A stretch of DNA of 64,000 bases from Felis catus (lineage: Eukaryota): NCBI RefSeq assembly GCF_018350175.1, contig NC_058368.1, forward strand, positions 156,800,001 through 156,864,000, in the 5' to 3' direction. Below are positions 1 through 14,110 of this stretch, in pieces. The position numbers and the translations under genes are program-made. Numbering within the stretch: the first letter of the stretch is position 1; each line of letters starts with the position of its first letter. Below the pieces are notes generated by a model, which worked only from the letters and a program-made list of their open reading frames with translations, had not been told where the DNA came from and searched no databases.

Positions 1-440
1 AAAATAAACTCATAGTGAATTTAATTGAGTGTTAACAATGATAGAGATAAAATAAATGAACCCAGAGAGAGCATGAAACATGGGTACACAAGAGTTCATT
101 TTGATAGTTTTGTATTTAAAATAATTTACTTTAAAATGATTAATAAATCCTCATTTTCAACCCAAAAACACAGGTGGAAAGAGATTACCTTCTCAAATAT
201 ATTTAGTTTTACTTAGTGCATAGTATGAATCAGGTATTCTGGAGGACACTGTATTGACATGCTTCAGGGCATTTACTTTTAATAAGTGAAAAGTCACATT
301 TCCTCATGAGAATGTAGCAACACCCTTTATAAAACTAGATGAGAGCTTTAAGAGGAGTCAAAAAAGTGACCTTTCCAAAGGGCTCATAGTAGTCTCACTC
401 GTCATTTATATTTGTAAAAGTAACACTTTGTTACAAGTTA

Positions 441-663
441 AAAAATTTTTTTTTTCAACGTTTATTTATTTTTTGGGGGACAGATAGAGACAGAGCATGA
501 ACGGGGGAGGGGCAGAGAGAGAGAGGGAGACACAGAATCGGAAACAGGCTCCAGGCTCTGAGCCATCAGCCCAGAGCCCGACGCGGGGCTCGAACTCACG
601 GACCGCGAGATCATGACCTGGCTGAAGTCAGACGCTTAACCGACTGCGCCACCCAGGCACCCC
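441..663 (-). mobile_element. Young SINEC_Fc-type SINE
   Basis: Reverse complement of the tRNA-derived head (..cacccaggcacccc), (GA)n linker and poly-T tail. CpGs are largely intact, and ACAAGTT flanks both sides (TSD). Confidence 0.95.
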
Positions 664-3234
664 ACAAGTTTTTAAAGTAGGTCATAACAAAAAAGATAAA
701 ATATAATTTGCATATAACTTTTACAGAAAGAAACCTGGTAGGAATCTGAAGGTTGTTGTGTAGAGCAGACCCGAAGAAAAGCTAAGTAAGTAAAGTTTTA
801 GCTCCAGCCCTCACTTTTCTGAGCTTTCAATTGTGTTATACCATTCATTCAGGTGCCTTAGACACCTTGCCTCCATTAATCTGGAAAGTTCTCCACATCC
901 TGATGGTATTTCTCTCTTTGTCCAAGTATTGACAGGGAAGAATGACAGTCTGGTACACACCTTGAAAAGCAAATTTCTGGAGGTGGGTCAAGGCTAGGAA
1001 AACTTCAGTTGATTTTTAAGCCAATTTAGTCTACCCATTCAGAGACTACATGAGTTGTACCAAACAGGAATTTTGGGGGTTCACCTTCCAGTAACACAGT
1101 TAGGTCAAGGTAAAGGAATCAGCCAAACCAATCTGAGAGTGCACTATCATTAAGAAGGTTAGGAAATCTGTGCTCGGCATTGCTCTTTATTTTCCTTTCT
1201 CTACAGCCTTCTGGTAACAATTTCTTTAAAAGACCAAGCCTTATACTAGTTGCCCTAAATGAAAGAGATTTTTTCACACTCCTTTTAAGTACTCTTTGTC
1301 CCAGGTACAGTTATGAGAATGGACTGCATGAGGAGGACAAGACTGAAACTGAGAACCTCTGCTAAAAGTCAGGACAGGTCTCTCCTGCTGGGTCTCAGGC
1401 CTTGACACACCTTATTAACAGGCACAGGGCAACCTTAAAAAATAATTCACAGCAAGGTGTTAATGATTAAGAACAAGCTTAATGTGGTATGGCTCAAACA
1501 CAAACCAGTGATATATTTTAAAAGAGCAAAGCAAGGGGATGGAATAGTACAATAAAATCTGTAATACCTAGACAATTTATAAATTTTTTAGACCAATAAG
1601 GCATACCATAGCACTCAAATCAATTCAGTTTCGTGACATTGATTCCATCTATCATGAAGGATATCTGGTTTTACCAACAACTGGCAAATCACTCATATCC
1701 AGACATTTTTTCCTATTGTACCTGCCGATAGTGTTTCCTATGTGTCATAATATCCCACCAATACATGTAATAAGGTCTCTGTACCTAGTGGATGCTAATA
1801 AATATTTGTGAAGGGGTCATAGCATGGGGTGAAAGAAATGCAGAATCAAAACAGCCCTCAAAGACTGAAAATCCAGGGGAAATATTAATAGGTAGAAAAA
1901 TAGGTAGCTACCTATTGTTTGGTATCTCCTATATAAGAGACACTACATTAAAAATAATTAAAATAATACTTAACATTTCATTCAAGGAAATCACAAAAAA
2001 AGTGGTATTAAATAGAAGTAAAATTATTTTTATTGTAAAACTAGTCAAAACCTGAGGGTCATCTGATAATGGCATATTCAGCATTATTTATAAGGTTACC
2101 AGGAGTCTAACCTAATCAACACACAGCCTGAAGTCAATGACATTTTTCCTTCAGGAGGCTGGGCTGCTGACACGGACCGTCTAGAATTCAGGGATATTCC
2201 TATTCAGCAAATTCAGTCTTGACCACTTAGGTTTGCCCTAAGCAGGTACCTATATTTCCCCATATAGGGGGATGCACTCTATAAGCAAAAACAAAGCAGA
2301 GTATCAATGGAAAGATAAGAACAAAACAATGCTGAGAGGCCAAATAAAATTCTAAAGAGCTCCTAAACTTAAAGATAATTACAAAATAAGATTCATTTAT
2401 ATTTTAAATATCTTTTTCTCTGAATATAAATTCTCAGAAGATAGGGACATTTTAGCTCACCAAGTAAAGTACTTCATGTGCTAGCAGTATTCTCTTTACT
2501 CTTAACTCCTCAGGCTTTTTCCTATAAAATGAAATCTTTAGAATATGACTTCTGGACCTTCCAGAGTCTTCAAGCCATAGATTGAAAAAATGATTTAGTA
2601 CAGAAAGAGTCAGAGCTGGATCACCAGATTCAAGTCTAATTTTATAGTTGAGAACAGTGTGGCCTATGGTCACACATAGGCCGAAAAGAGAGGAGACAAA
2701 TCTACTGACCTTAAAGATGGAACTATTTCTTACACATCTGCTCTATGTCTCTGAATCCAACAGTTCTTACTCATTAGATTCTGCTGTGAGTTAATACCTT
2801 TGGCAGAAGATTATTTCCTTATATCAATACTTCATCAGCTCAAATGTTTGCAGACAAGCAAAACTAGTCAAAAGTACTTTTGCATACATTCCCATTTCCT
2901 TTTAGAAAGGACATGCAAAATTTAAAAAGAAAAGAGTAGGTAGGTGTACTGGATTCACAAAATCACACAACAGAACCCTTCAGAAACTATGCCTTTAAAA
3001 ATACATCACTAATTCGTTTGTGGCAGACTGGAGTTTATTACCATCATAACCTAGGTATCTCTTTCCAGGAATTTTTACAAACACTCAGCTGATGGATGTA
3101 AAATATTTTTACCAAAGAAGCAAAGCTTTTCAAAACAAATTACAACAGGACTTTTCACAGCATCTTCTTTAATCTGGTGTGATCAACTTTGGGCAGACAG
3201 AACTTGCTCTCTAGCAAAATTTATGGGCTCCCTG

Positions 3235-3665
3235 CCATAATATAGATCCTGTAAATCCAGCAACCTTACCCACTCTTTATTATGTGTCTTTCTGGAAGGC
3301 AGTTGTTCAGGCAGTGACATTTCCTGGCAACCCTTGCATCTAAATGAAGCCATAAGACTGGTTCTCACTAGTGGAATGTAAATGTAAGAGACATGTGTCA
3401 CTTAGTGGCCAAGGTGGATGAAGGGAGGTTGTGTCTTCCCTGCTCCATCCTCTATCACTCTTTCTGCCTGAACATGGAGGACTCCAAGACTCCTAGGGAA
3501 TAGCACACCCCCAGTATGGAAGGAGCCGGATTCTAGAAAAGCTCAGAAACACACATAATAGATATTATGTGAGTGAGAAATAAATTTCTATTGTGTTAAG
3601 ACACTGAAATTTTGGAGCTTATTTTTTTTATAGGCACTGGCAAAACCCCAAGTAACACACTGATC
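3235..3665 (+). mobile_element. MaLR (MLT1-type) solo LTR, old
   Basis: Typical MLT1 3' segment gagtgagaaataaatttctattgtgttaagacactgaaattttggag. Boundaries are approximate. Confidence 0.7.
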
Positions 3666-5156
3666 TTACTAGATATATCCAAAGGCAAAATAGACATCCA
3701 GATGATAGTAATTGCCAATAAATGTGGCACAGAATATATACATTTTATAATTAAATGTGTCCTCTGTCTAGCCTGCTCCCAAGATCACAGTCACTGGCTA
3801 GGTAAGCTAAGTTGAATGCAAACAGAAAAGTTCTTATGGTCGAGCTGAGAACTTAAAAGGACTTTTTATTCTACCAATATGGTAGGTGATAAGATTTACT
3901 GTGATAGCCTCTGATTACAGATTTCTGCTGTCTATTATATCTCAGTAAGTTTCTGAAACCCAGGGGGACTTGGAATTCTTTAAGATCATAGCAAAACAAC
4001 TCCTCATTCATAGGACTTAATATTTTTAAGGGGGGAAGCATCAATTCCTGGTGCTAGTGTGCAGGATTATTTTGGAGATGCTTCACAATCTACAATAAAA
4101 AAGGCCCTAAAACATGTTCAGATGTCCAAGGCTCTGACTAAAAAGATGTGCCTCCTTTCAATTAAAAAATATATATGAGGTATAAACTTTTATGGCCAAT
4201 AAATATTTGTTCACATGATGATTCAAATTCCAATGTAAATGTTTACTGTCTATTTTGCATCTGTTTTTATACTAACTAGTGATGGTGGTACCTTATTAAA
4301 AGAAAACTAGCAGAACACTAGAGCTACATGTTGATTGGGAACTAAATTGGGGAAATGTGACCATGAAGGTGTGCTCTCTTTAGTGGCATGCTGAAAAACA
4401 AAGGCCTGCACAAATGGGAAGTACAGAGTCCCACAAAGTTTTTATCATAGTTTGTGGCAGACATGATGAAATTTGAGATCTTTTATTTCACATGAAGCCA
4501 AAATTCTGCTTTCAGCTTAGTTTATCATTAGTTGATCTCGGATGTTGCTCACATAGCTCACATTATCAAAACTTTTAGCAATTTCACACATTTTAACCTT
4601 GTATTATACTTGTCAAATAACAAGGTGAGATCACCCAGAGAATGTTTTGATTTAGATACAGCTTTTTACTCAAAATCATACATTCAGAAGATACCATTAT
4701 GATTGGGGAAAGAAACATATTTAAACTGAGCTGAGCATGAAAAATCAATGAAATGGGTTTTTCCAATAATTGAGACCAAATAACTAATTTCCTATTAATT
4801 TCTAATCATTGTATAGGAATATCTTCATGAAGCTTTCCTTATCTTTCTCTGATGGATTTCATATCTTTTTCCTTATCTATGTACCTTTTATGGCACCGAT
4901 TACTCTCTCATTTGTTTTTCTAGCTATTTACACACTTTACACACTATTTACTTATACTAATAGACTCAGGCTCTGAGAAAGCATCCGCATCTGATTTACC
5001 TTGATCTTCCCTGTACTTTAGTACCTAATAAAATGCAGGCATGTAGAAAGAACACAACAAATGTTTTAAAAGAAGCACACACACCATAGAATACTACCCA
5101 TGGACTCCTATCTGTAATATCTTATGGAAAAAAAAGTAGTTCGTATCTACATGTCA

Positions 5157-5230
5157 GTGTGTGTGTGTGTGTGTGTGTGTGCAGTGTGCGCACACGCACA
5201 TGCACGTCTGTATGTGTATGTATATATATG
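5157..5230. repeat. (GT)n/(AT)n microsatellite
   Basis: Seen directly in the sequence. Confidence 0.9.
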
Positions 5231-5533
5231 GAGATGCTGGACATTTTTCTAGTAACTGAACTCTTCTCTGAGTAATGTCAAAGGCAGTTCTCAAGTTAAC
5301 ATCAGTGAAACTGTACCTAGAATAAATGCCAAACACCAGCATTTTAAAAATATATAGATTTAATCATCTCATTAAACACTGTGCTTAAACTGCTCCAAAG
5401 CCTTTCCTCATCCACATTACGTGATGACATTTGAAAGTCAGAATATTGTATTTTTAAAATGCCATTTATACCCATCACACCACAGCCTAAAGTTTAAAAG
5501 TTTATTGTTCCATTAAGAAACAAAAACATTGCA

Positions 5534-5750
5534 GGGTGCCTGAGTGGCTCAGTCAGTTAAGCGTCCGACTTCAGCTCAGGTCATGATCTCACAGTTCGTA
5601 AGTTCGAGCCCTGCATCAGGCTCGGGCAGCTCAGAGCCTGGAGCCCACTTTGGATTCTGTGTCTCCCTCTGTCTACCCCTCTGTTGCTTGCACTCTGTCT
5701 CTCACATTGTCTCAAAAATAAATAAACCTTAAAAAGAAAAATTTGGAAAA
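5534..5750 (+). mobile_element. SINEC
   Basis: Head gggtgcctgagtggctcagtcagttaagc, CT-rich body and A tail. TSD aagaaa(c/t)aaaaacattgc. Confidence 0.93.
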
Positions 5751-8700
5751 GAAATAAAAACATTGCCAATTAATTTTAAGATGACAACAATTATAAGAAA
5801 CATTTTAATTTCTGGAATGTTGAAATGTGAAATAAAACGTTCATCTTAAAATCAAAGAAATGAGATAGCAGAGAACATGTAAGATGTGGTAAACATATTA
5901 TGGAAATGTAATATAAGAAAAGTGAAAGAAATATTTATTAGTGCTGAAAATTTACTTTTATGATGTTTACTTATTATCCTTAATATAAATTAATATATAG
6001 TTATAGTATATGGTTTTAAAAGTACAAATTATATTCAGACTTTTAATGATTTATTGATTACATAATGATAATTGATTATAATGTTGATGATACCTTAATG
6101 GTCAAAAGAGGACAGTATTGTATTCGCCTAAAAATTGATAACCCTGGTTCCCTGTAGGGAGAATTAGGTTTCTCTGTGTGTCAGTACCTTCCTAATAGAG
6201 TACCATGTGCATTTATTAATTAGGAAAATTAAAAAATAAAATCATGGACTTCTGGGGTAGATGGTGGGGTGGGAGGACCCTAAGCTCACCTCATCCCAAG
6301 GATACAAGTAGATAACACCTACATCAGTGTAAATAATCCAGAAAATGACCTGAAGACTGGCAGAACAGCTTCTCCACAGGTAAATGTAGGAAAGAGAAAG
6401 CATCTAAGAGGGTAGGAAAGACAGAGACTTGGATAGGAGCTAAATGGAACTTTGGGACTGTCCATAGGAGGAAGGGAAATAGCAGGTGAGAAAATGGAGA
6501 GGACAAGAGCCTCACACCAAGCACCCCGGGCATGAGGAACCTGCATAAAAACCAGAAGAACCCAATTTCATGAGTTCTTACAATCAGCTGGGCTTAACAT
6601 CTGAAACTTTAAAAATCAGCAGGGGTGGCCCCAGGAAAGCCAGAAGGGCAAGAGAAAACAGAATCCCGACCTTAAAGAGACATAACAACAAACAGCCTTA
6701 TGGAAATACAGCAGAGAAGCAGCAGTTTGAAAAACATCAGGGGCATATGGGAGGGTAATTTGTTTCCTAATCCCAGAGTGTGTGCTGGAGGGACAGGGAT
6801 CACTGGGACAAAAAAGCAAAGGAACAAAGCAGCTGGCAGGTGTCACAGCTGTGAAAACCAGTATGGTGCAAATGCTTGTTACCTAGCTTGCCAAGACCAT
6901 GCATCCAGACCCAGCATTCTCCTGTGGACCTGTCCCTGACTATGTGCCCTTGGCTAGAGCCCATCCAAAGTGGTGTCACAAGCCAAGCAGCCCCAACAGA
7001 GGCCAGGACTACTCCAAAGTTATTCCTGTCCTGGTAATAAGGGAAAATAACTATACACACCAGTCCAACAGTGGCCCCAGCAGTGGGCTGGGGGTAGGCA
7101 TCTGGTCTGATTGCAGGCCCTGCCCACCAACCAAAGCTTATCAGGGGGTAACAGAGGGAAAGTACCTGCAGTTTGGTGCCACTGCATCGCTGGCAAATGT
7201 CTGGTCTTACTCAACTCAAGTCCAAGGTGGTCCAAAACTGGCCCACTAACAACATAGGGACCAAGCCCTGCCCACAACAAGCAAAAAGAGCCACTGCAGA
7301 TGACTGGACTAAAGGCAAAAGTAGCTCAGCCACAACAGTAGGGTGCATGCAACACACATAGGAGACACCAATGAACAGGGGTGAACAGGGTACTACAGGA
7401 GCTCTTTCTCATAAAGTCACTGCTTTCAAGAGCAGGAGATATAGCTAACTTTCTTGATACAAAGAAACAGTCATAGGGAATTACATGAAGTGAGGAGATA
7501 GAGGAATGTGTCCCAAATGAAAGAAAAAAAGGAACAAAATCACAGGAGGAGAGCTAAATGAAACAGATATAAGTAATACACCTGAGAGAGAATTTAAAGT
7601 AATGGTCATAAAGATACTCCCTGGGCTTGAGAAAAGAGTGGAGGACCTCAGTAAGACCCTTAACAAAGATATAGAAAACATTAAAACAACAACAACAAAA
7701 CAGAGAGGAAGAACTCAATAACTGAAATTAAAAATACACTAGACGGAATATATAGTAGACAAGAGGAAGCAGAATGGCTCTGCATGCTTGAGGTCAGAGT
7801 AATGGAAAGCAATAAAGCTGAACAGGAGAGAAAATAATAATAAAAATAACAGTGGACTTATGGAACTTAGTGACACCATCAAGCATAATAAGGTTTACAT
7901 TATAAGGATCCCAGAAGGAGAAGAGAGAGAAAAGGGGGCAGAAAACTTATGTGAAGAAATAATAGCTAAAAACCTCCTGATTCTGGGGAAGGAAACAGAA
8001 ATCCAGATCTAGAAGGTAAAGAGAGCCCACAACAAAATCAACCCAAGGACATCCACACCAAGACAATAGTAATTAAAATGCCAAAAGTCAGTGATTAAAA
8101 AACCATTTTAAAGGCATCAGGGGAAGAGAAAACAGTCACATACAAAGGAAACCATTGAAGGCTATCAGGTAATTTTCCAGCAGAAACTTTGCAGGCCAGA
8201 AGGGAGAGGCATGATATATTTATAGTGCTGAAAGAAGAAAACCTGCAGCCAACAATACTCTATGCACCAAGGAAACTACTCAGAATAGAAGGAGAGATAG
8301 TTTCCCAGACAAACAAGAGTTAAAGAACTTCATGACCACTAAACCAGCCCTACAAGAAATGTTAAAGTGAACTCTTTAACTGGAAAGGAAACATCATAAG
8401 TAAGAGTAAGAAAAGTACAAAGCACACTTGCAGTAAAATTAAATATATCTACAAAATTTAGTCAAGGGATTCACAAATTAAAAGGGTGTGAGTTATGACA
8501 CCATATTCCTAAAATGTGGGGGGAGAGGAGTAAAGCATGGGTTCAAACTTAAGTGACAACTTAGTTTACACTGCTATATGTATTAGATATTATATACAAA
8601 CCTAATGATAACCACAAATCAAAAACCAGTAAGAGGTATGTAAAAAATAAAGACTAACAAACCCAAGCATATCACTAAATAAAGCCAGCAAATTGTGAGA

Positions 8701-9110
8701 AATGAGAGTTGGAGAAGAAAGATACAGAGAAGAACTACAAAAACAACCATAAGTAACAAAATGGCAATAAGTATATACCTACCAATAATTACTTTGAATT
8801 TAAGTGGACTAAATGCTCCATCAAAAGATATAGGGTGACAGAATGAATTAAAAAGCATGACTCATCTATATGCTACCTGCAGGAAACTCATTTCAGACCT
8901 AAAGATACATGCAGACCAAAAGTGAAAGAATGCAAAATCATTCATTATGCAAATGGAAGTGAAAAGAAAGCTAGGGAAGCAATGCTTCTATTGGACAAAA
9001 CAGACTCTAAAACAAAGACTGTAACAAGAGATAAAGAAGGACACTACATAATCATAAAGGCAACAATCCAGTAAGAAGATATAACAATTGTAAATATTTA
9101 TGCATCCAAC

Positions 9111-9983
9111 ATTTTTCCAAAGAAGACATTCATATGGCTAACAGACACATGAAAAGATGCTCAACATCACTCATCATCAGGGAGATACAAATCAAAACCA
9201 TGATGAGATACCACCTCACACCTGTCAGAATGCCTAAAATTAACAATACAAGAAACAACAGGTGTTGGCAAGGATGCGGAGAAAGGGAAATCCTCTTGCT
9301 CTGCTGGTGGGAGTGCAAACTGTTTTAGCCACTCTGAACAGTGTGGAGGATCCTCCATAACTAAAAATAGAACTACCCTACCATCCAGCAATTACACTGT
9401 TAGGTATTTATCCAACATACACAAAGATACAGATTCAAAGGGGTACATACAATGTTTATAGCAGCATTATCAACAATAGCCAAACTATGGAGAGAGCCCA
9501 AATGTCCATCGACTGATGAATGAATAAAGATGTGCTATATATATATCTATATCTATATCTATATCTATATCTATATACACAAAGGAATATTACTCAGCCA
9601 TTGAAAAAATGAAATCTTGCCATTTGCAATGATTTGGATGAAGCTAGAATGTATTACGCTAAGTGAAATAAGTCAATCAAAGAAAGCCAAATACTACGTG
9701 ATTTTACTCAAATGTAGAATTTAAGAAAACAAAACAGATAAACATACAGGAAAAGGGAAAAAGAGAAGGAAACAAATCACAAGAGACTCTTAAGGATAGA
9801 GAACAAACTGAGGGCTAATGGAGGGAGGTGGGTGGGGGGATGGGCTAGATGGGTAATGGGTATTAAGGAAGGCACTTGTTGTGATGAGCACTGTCTGTTG
9901 TATATTAGTGATGTCACTGAATTCTATTCCTGAAACCAACATTGCAATGTATGTTAACTAAAATTTAAATAAATTAAAAAAAA
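9111..9983 (+). mobile_element. Second, 5'-truncated L1 3' end (ORF2 C-terminus + 3'UTR + polyA) nested in the older L1
   Basis: ORF 9134-9328 [33 protein letters not shown]...CWWECKL is the L1 ORF2 C-terminal region. G-rich 3'UTR, then AATAAA and an A tail at ~9968-9983. Confidence 0.9.
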
Positions 9984-9984
9984 G

Positions 9985-10222
9985 GGGGGGCACCTGGGTG
10001 GCTCAGTTGGCTAAGTGTCCAACTTCGGCTCAGGTCATGATCTTATGGTTTATGAGTTCAAGCCCTCCATTGGGCTTTGTGCTGATCTGTGCTGATAGCT
10101 CAGAACCTGGAGCCTGACTCAGATTCTGTGTCTCCCCCTCTCTCTGCCCCTCCCCTGCTCATGCTCTGTCTCTCTTTCTCTCGCTCTCTCAAAAATAAAC
10201 ATTAAAAAAATCTTAAAAAAAA
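9985..10222 (+). mobile_element. SINEC
   Basis: ggggcacctgggtggctcag head, (CT)n body and A tail. Confidence 0.93.
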
Positions 10223-11148
10223 AGAATTTATACAACTCAAAACCCAAAAAACAAATAATATAATTAAAAAATGGGCAGAAGACATGAATAGGATTTCTCC
10301 AACAAAGGCATAATGATGGCCAATGGGCACATAAAAAGATGCTCAACATCACTCATCATAAGGGGAATGAAAATCAAAACCACAATGAAATATCACCTCA
10401 TACCTATTGGAATGGCTAAAATCAAAAGACCAGAAACAACAGTGTTAGTGAATATGTGAAGAAAAAGGAACCCTCATTCACTGCTGGTGGGAATGCAAAC
10501 TTGTGCAGCCAATGTGGAAGACAGTATGGAGGCTCTTCAAAAAATTAAAACAACATGATCCAGTAATTCCACTATTGGATGTTTGCCCAAAGAATACAAA
10601 AACACTAATTCAGAAAGATACATGCAACCTTATGTTTATTGTAACATTATTTACAATAGCCAAATTATGGAAGCAGCCCAAGTGTCCATCTATAGATGAA
10701 TGGATAAAGAAGATGTGATATACATATATATATAATATATAATACATAATGGAATATTACTCAGCCACAAAAAAATGACTTCTTGCCATTTGCAACAACA
10801 TGAATGGATCTAGAGAGTATGATGCTAAGCGAAATAAGACAGAAAAACAAATACCATATAATTTCATTCATATGTGGAATTTAAGAAATGAAACAAATGA
10901 ACAAAGGAAAAAGAGACAAACCAAAAAACAGACTTAACATTTATTAACTATAGAAAATGAAGTGATGGTTACTAGAGGGAAGGTGGATAGAAAGATGGCT
11001 GAAATAGGTAAAGGGGATTTAAGAGTACACTTAACATAATGAGCACTGAGTAATGTATAGAATTGTTGAATCACTGTATTTGTACAACTGAAACTAATAT
11101 AACATTGCATGTTAACTATACTGGAATTAAACATTTAAAAATGACTAG

Positions 11149-11300
11149 AGTTCTTGTGTGGCTCTGTTGGTTAAGTGTCCAACTCTTGATATCAGCTCAG
11201 GTCTTGATCTCAGGGTTGTGAGTTCAGACCCGGCAATGGGCTTTGTGATGGGCATGAAGTCTACTTTCAAAAAACTTTTTAAAAACTTTTTAAATTCAAG
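11149..11300 (+). mobile_element. Short, old SINEC (head only)
   Basis: gtggctctgttggttaagtgtccaactcttgatatcagctcaggtc is a SINEC head, followed by a short body and A-rich tail. Confidence 0.75.
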
Positions 11301-12499
11301 GAAACATTAAAAAACTAACTAAAATCATTAAAATATGTTCTCCTTTATTTAACTATTGGAGGAATAAAATATATGGAGTTTGATTTTTCAAATTTACTGT
11401 TTTAGGGGGAAAACCCCTAGATTTATGAGCTTTGATTAAACATAGGCTTCAAAGTTGAGACATCACTGAGGATCCAGAATATGTATTTCAGAAGAGAAAA
11501 TACTTTTAAGAGATGAGATCTATCTTAGGATTTGCAACAACAACAACAACAACAACAACAAAACCCACCCATCTCTTCGCATGTGAAATGTTTGCCACCC
11601 CCTTTCACTAAAGGCCTCATTGAGCTTCTTTAAGAGAGGCACAATTCAACATTCAGGACAAGATTGTACTTTTATTTTCCAAGAAAGCGTTTGGATTGTA
11701 ACAAGATCTCATCTATATGGATAAAGCCAAGTAGCAACATACAAATAAAGATATTCTGAGACATAATTGGATGTCTAAATGGATAGAAGAGAAAAGGTTT
11801 TTAATGGTCATGTATGCAACTTTAAGAGAACTATCCTGTGTCTATACCCAACCTGGGGCCTAAGAGATGCCACAAAGGCCCTGGTCTTTATCCATCTAGC
11901 AATTACTCATATGGTGCAGCTTAGAATCTCAGATAAATGAAGGTTTATGATGAATTTTCAGTTCTGAATTTTCACCCAACTGCCTCTAGCTGACTGGCAT
12001 TCTCTGCTTCAGAAAGTTTTCAAATTTGAACTATAGGTGGGTGTGGTGGATAAAGATGAGTGAACTGACAGATTTGTGTGGGAAAGCACGCACTACCTGT
12101 CAGGTTTTTATAAAATGGGGAAAAGGCACTTTATAAAATGGGAAAATATGATTCAAAAATGTATAGATTAAACAAAGGACTCAAAGTGATGCTTTAAAAT
12201 TTTCCTTTCACCTTAAAAACTATTCTCAGCCCTTTGATTCCAAGTCCCCTCCCGACAGCCTGCTGTGCTGCTGTGACCAGGTACCTATTTTCACAGTATC
12301 TGTGGTGTGTAACTGGCTGAAATGTGTACAACAGAAAGCCAGCTCCTATGTTACAAGCACTGACTGTCTTACCAGAACACTTCTGTAGGCTTTCAGAATC
12401 TATCCAAAGATTGACCATGGGAACCCAAAACAGCATTCTAAAGAGAATATGGTTCAATTTTCACTGAATATAGTCATGTATGTTCCATGGCCTTTCTGT

Positions 12500-13251
12500 C
12501 ATTAATTGAGACTGGAAAGACTTGTGGGATGCAGGAATGGGTAGTGGGAGGACTCAATAGTTTTGTCTTTGTCAATGCTAAGTTTCAGATGCCTGTCAGA
12601 AATCAAAGTACAGATGCTAGGTAGGCCATTGACTCTGTAAGCCTGGAGTTCATGGGAGAAGGCCAGACTAGAGATGTTCATTTGAAAGTCAGCAGTGTAG
12701 TGATGGCATGTTATGCTATGAGGCTAGTGTGTGAGTAAAGAAGAGGGCTGAGGACACAGCTCTTACAACCTTCACCCTTTAAAGAGCTGATGGAGGGTGA
12801 GGAGCCAGCTAATGAGACTCCGAGAAAATAGCCAAAAAAGCAAGAAATGCATAAAATAAAATAAAATAAAATTTAAAACTCTGCATAGTTCACAGAGGCC
12901 TAGAGATGAAGTGGTTCATGTAGGATGCTGTCAACCATGTTAAGTGCTGCTAGGATGGGAGGTAGGGTATTGATAACGAATAGTGTAAGGGTTCAGAGAA
13001 GAAATCCTGAACCAGACTGCTCAAGTTCAAGTCCTATTTCTACCACTTACCAAAATTGAGACTTTTGTCAAGTTATTTAACCTTCAAGAGCCCTCATTTG
13101 TAAAATGGATGTTCTAATGGTTCTTACCTTATAGGGGTAGTTGTAATAATTGAGTTAGTACCTATTAAACACTTAGAATACTGCCTGACAGACAATAAAC
13201 TTTATAAAGATTTACTTACTTACTTATTTATTTATTTATCTATCTATCTAT

Positions 13252-13304
<53 letters not shown>

Positions 13305-14110
13305 GAGAGAGAGCACAAGCAGGGGAGAGGGGCTGTGGGAGAGAGGGAGAATCTTAAGCAGACGCCAAGATGGGGGCTCAGTCCCACAACCGTGGGATCA
13401 TGAACTAAACCGACATCAAGAGTCAGATGCTCAACTAATTGAGCCACCTAGGCACCACATGCTGTTGTTATTAATCTCCACCACCATCATCATCATTGTT
13501 TTTGGCTTTGCGAAGATGTTGACCTTGATAGAAGGCATTTGTGGAGTGAGAATGAAAGCTTACCTAAACTGGATTGAGAACATTTGAGGTGAAGAAGAGC
13601 ATTAAACAAAACAAAACAAAAGACTTTAAGGTGTGAAGGGAATGGGTAAGGACGACAAGGGCTGAAAAAGGGATTTTTGCTTTGTTAATTATAAATATGT
13701 GGCATTAATGCATGTCTACATGCCAAATGGGAATTATCCAGTAAAAAGGGAAAAATCCAGAAACTTGATGGAAAAGAGATCATGGCAGGAGTCAAGTCTC
13801 TGGCCAGTGACTGGGAGCCAGTGCCCCAATGGCAGACATTCTCTTACATGGAGCAGGAATATGACTGCCATTCTACAAGGGTGCTGGCCAGGTCAGTAGA
13901 TTTTGGTAGTGGGAAGAGAAAGTACGGTTTGTCTAACTCTATTTATTTTCTCTGTAAGTATTTGGAGAAATAATCAACTAAGAGAAGATGCTGGGGATTT
14001 GAGAAGAAGGAGCAAAGAGTGAAAACTTTGTCTCTGAGGAAGTAATTTTATTCTAGAGGGAAAGTGGGATCACCTGGCAGTGCTGAGCATCTATTTCAAA
14101 TTTGTAGTTA
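12500..14110 (-). mobile_element. L2 fragment interrupted by a MIR (~12985-13210) and a SINEC
   Basis: Reverse complement of L2 RT-region motifs (cctggagttcatgggagaaggccagactagagatgttcatttgaaagtc). MIR core ccctcatttgtaaaatgga. Confidence 0.65.
13215..13458 (-). mobile_element. SINEC with expanded (TTTA)n tail
   Basis: Reverse-complement head gagccacctaggcacc and (TTTA)n at ~13215-13283. Confidence 0.88.

Larger units (their letters stand above)
6246..11319 (+). mobile_element. Rearranged carnivore L1: 5'UTR, ORF1, ORF2 endonuclease start, large ORF2 deletion, 3' end at ~10224-11140
   Basis: 5'UTR from ~6246 and decayed ORF1 at ~7490-8390. ORF2 ATG at 8761 reads MAISIYLPIITLN...ICYLQETHFRPKD...TRDKEGHYIIIK (APE endonuclease). 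ORF2 C-terminus and 3'UTR lie at 10224-11140. Candidate TSD TAAAATCAT at 6237-6245 and 11320-11328. Confidence 0.88.

Noticed and set aside
2452..2673. Minus-strand ORF and possible exon 2461-2521
   Set aside because: It overlaps MIR-like sequence, and splicing from the 12373-12437 candidate gives an early stop. It is not supported as coding.
6570..7361. Cluster of ORFs up to 116 aa
   Set aside because: They lie in the GC-richer L1 5'UTR and show no evidence of being an ORF0-like or host product.
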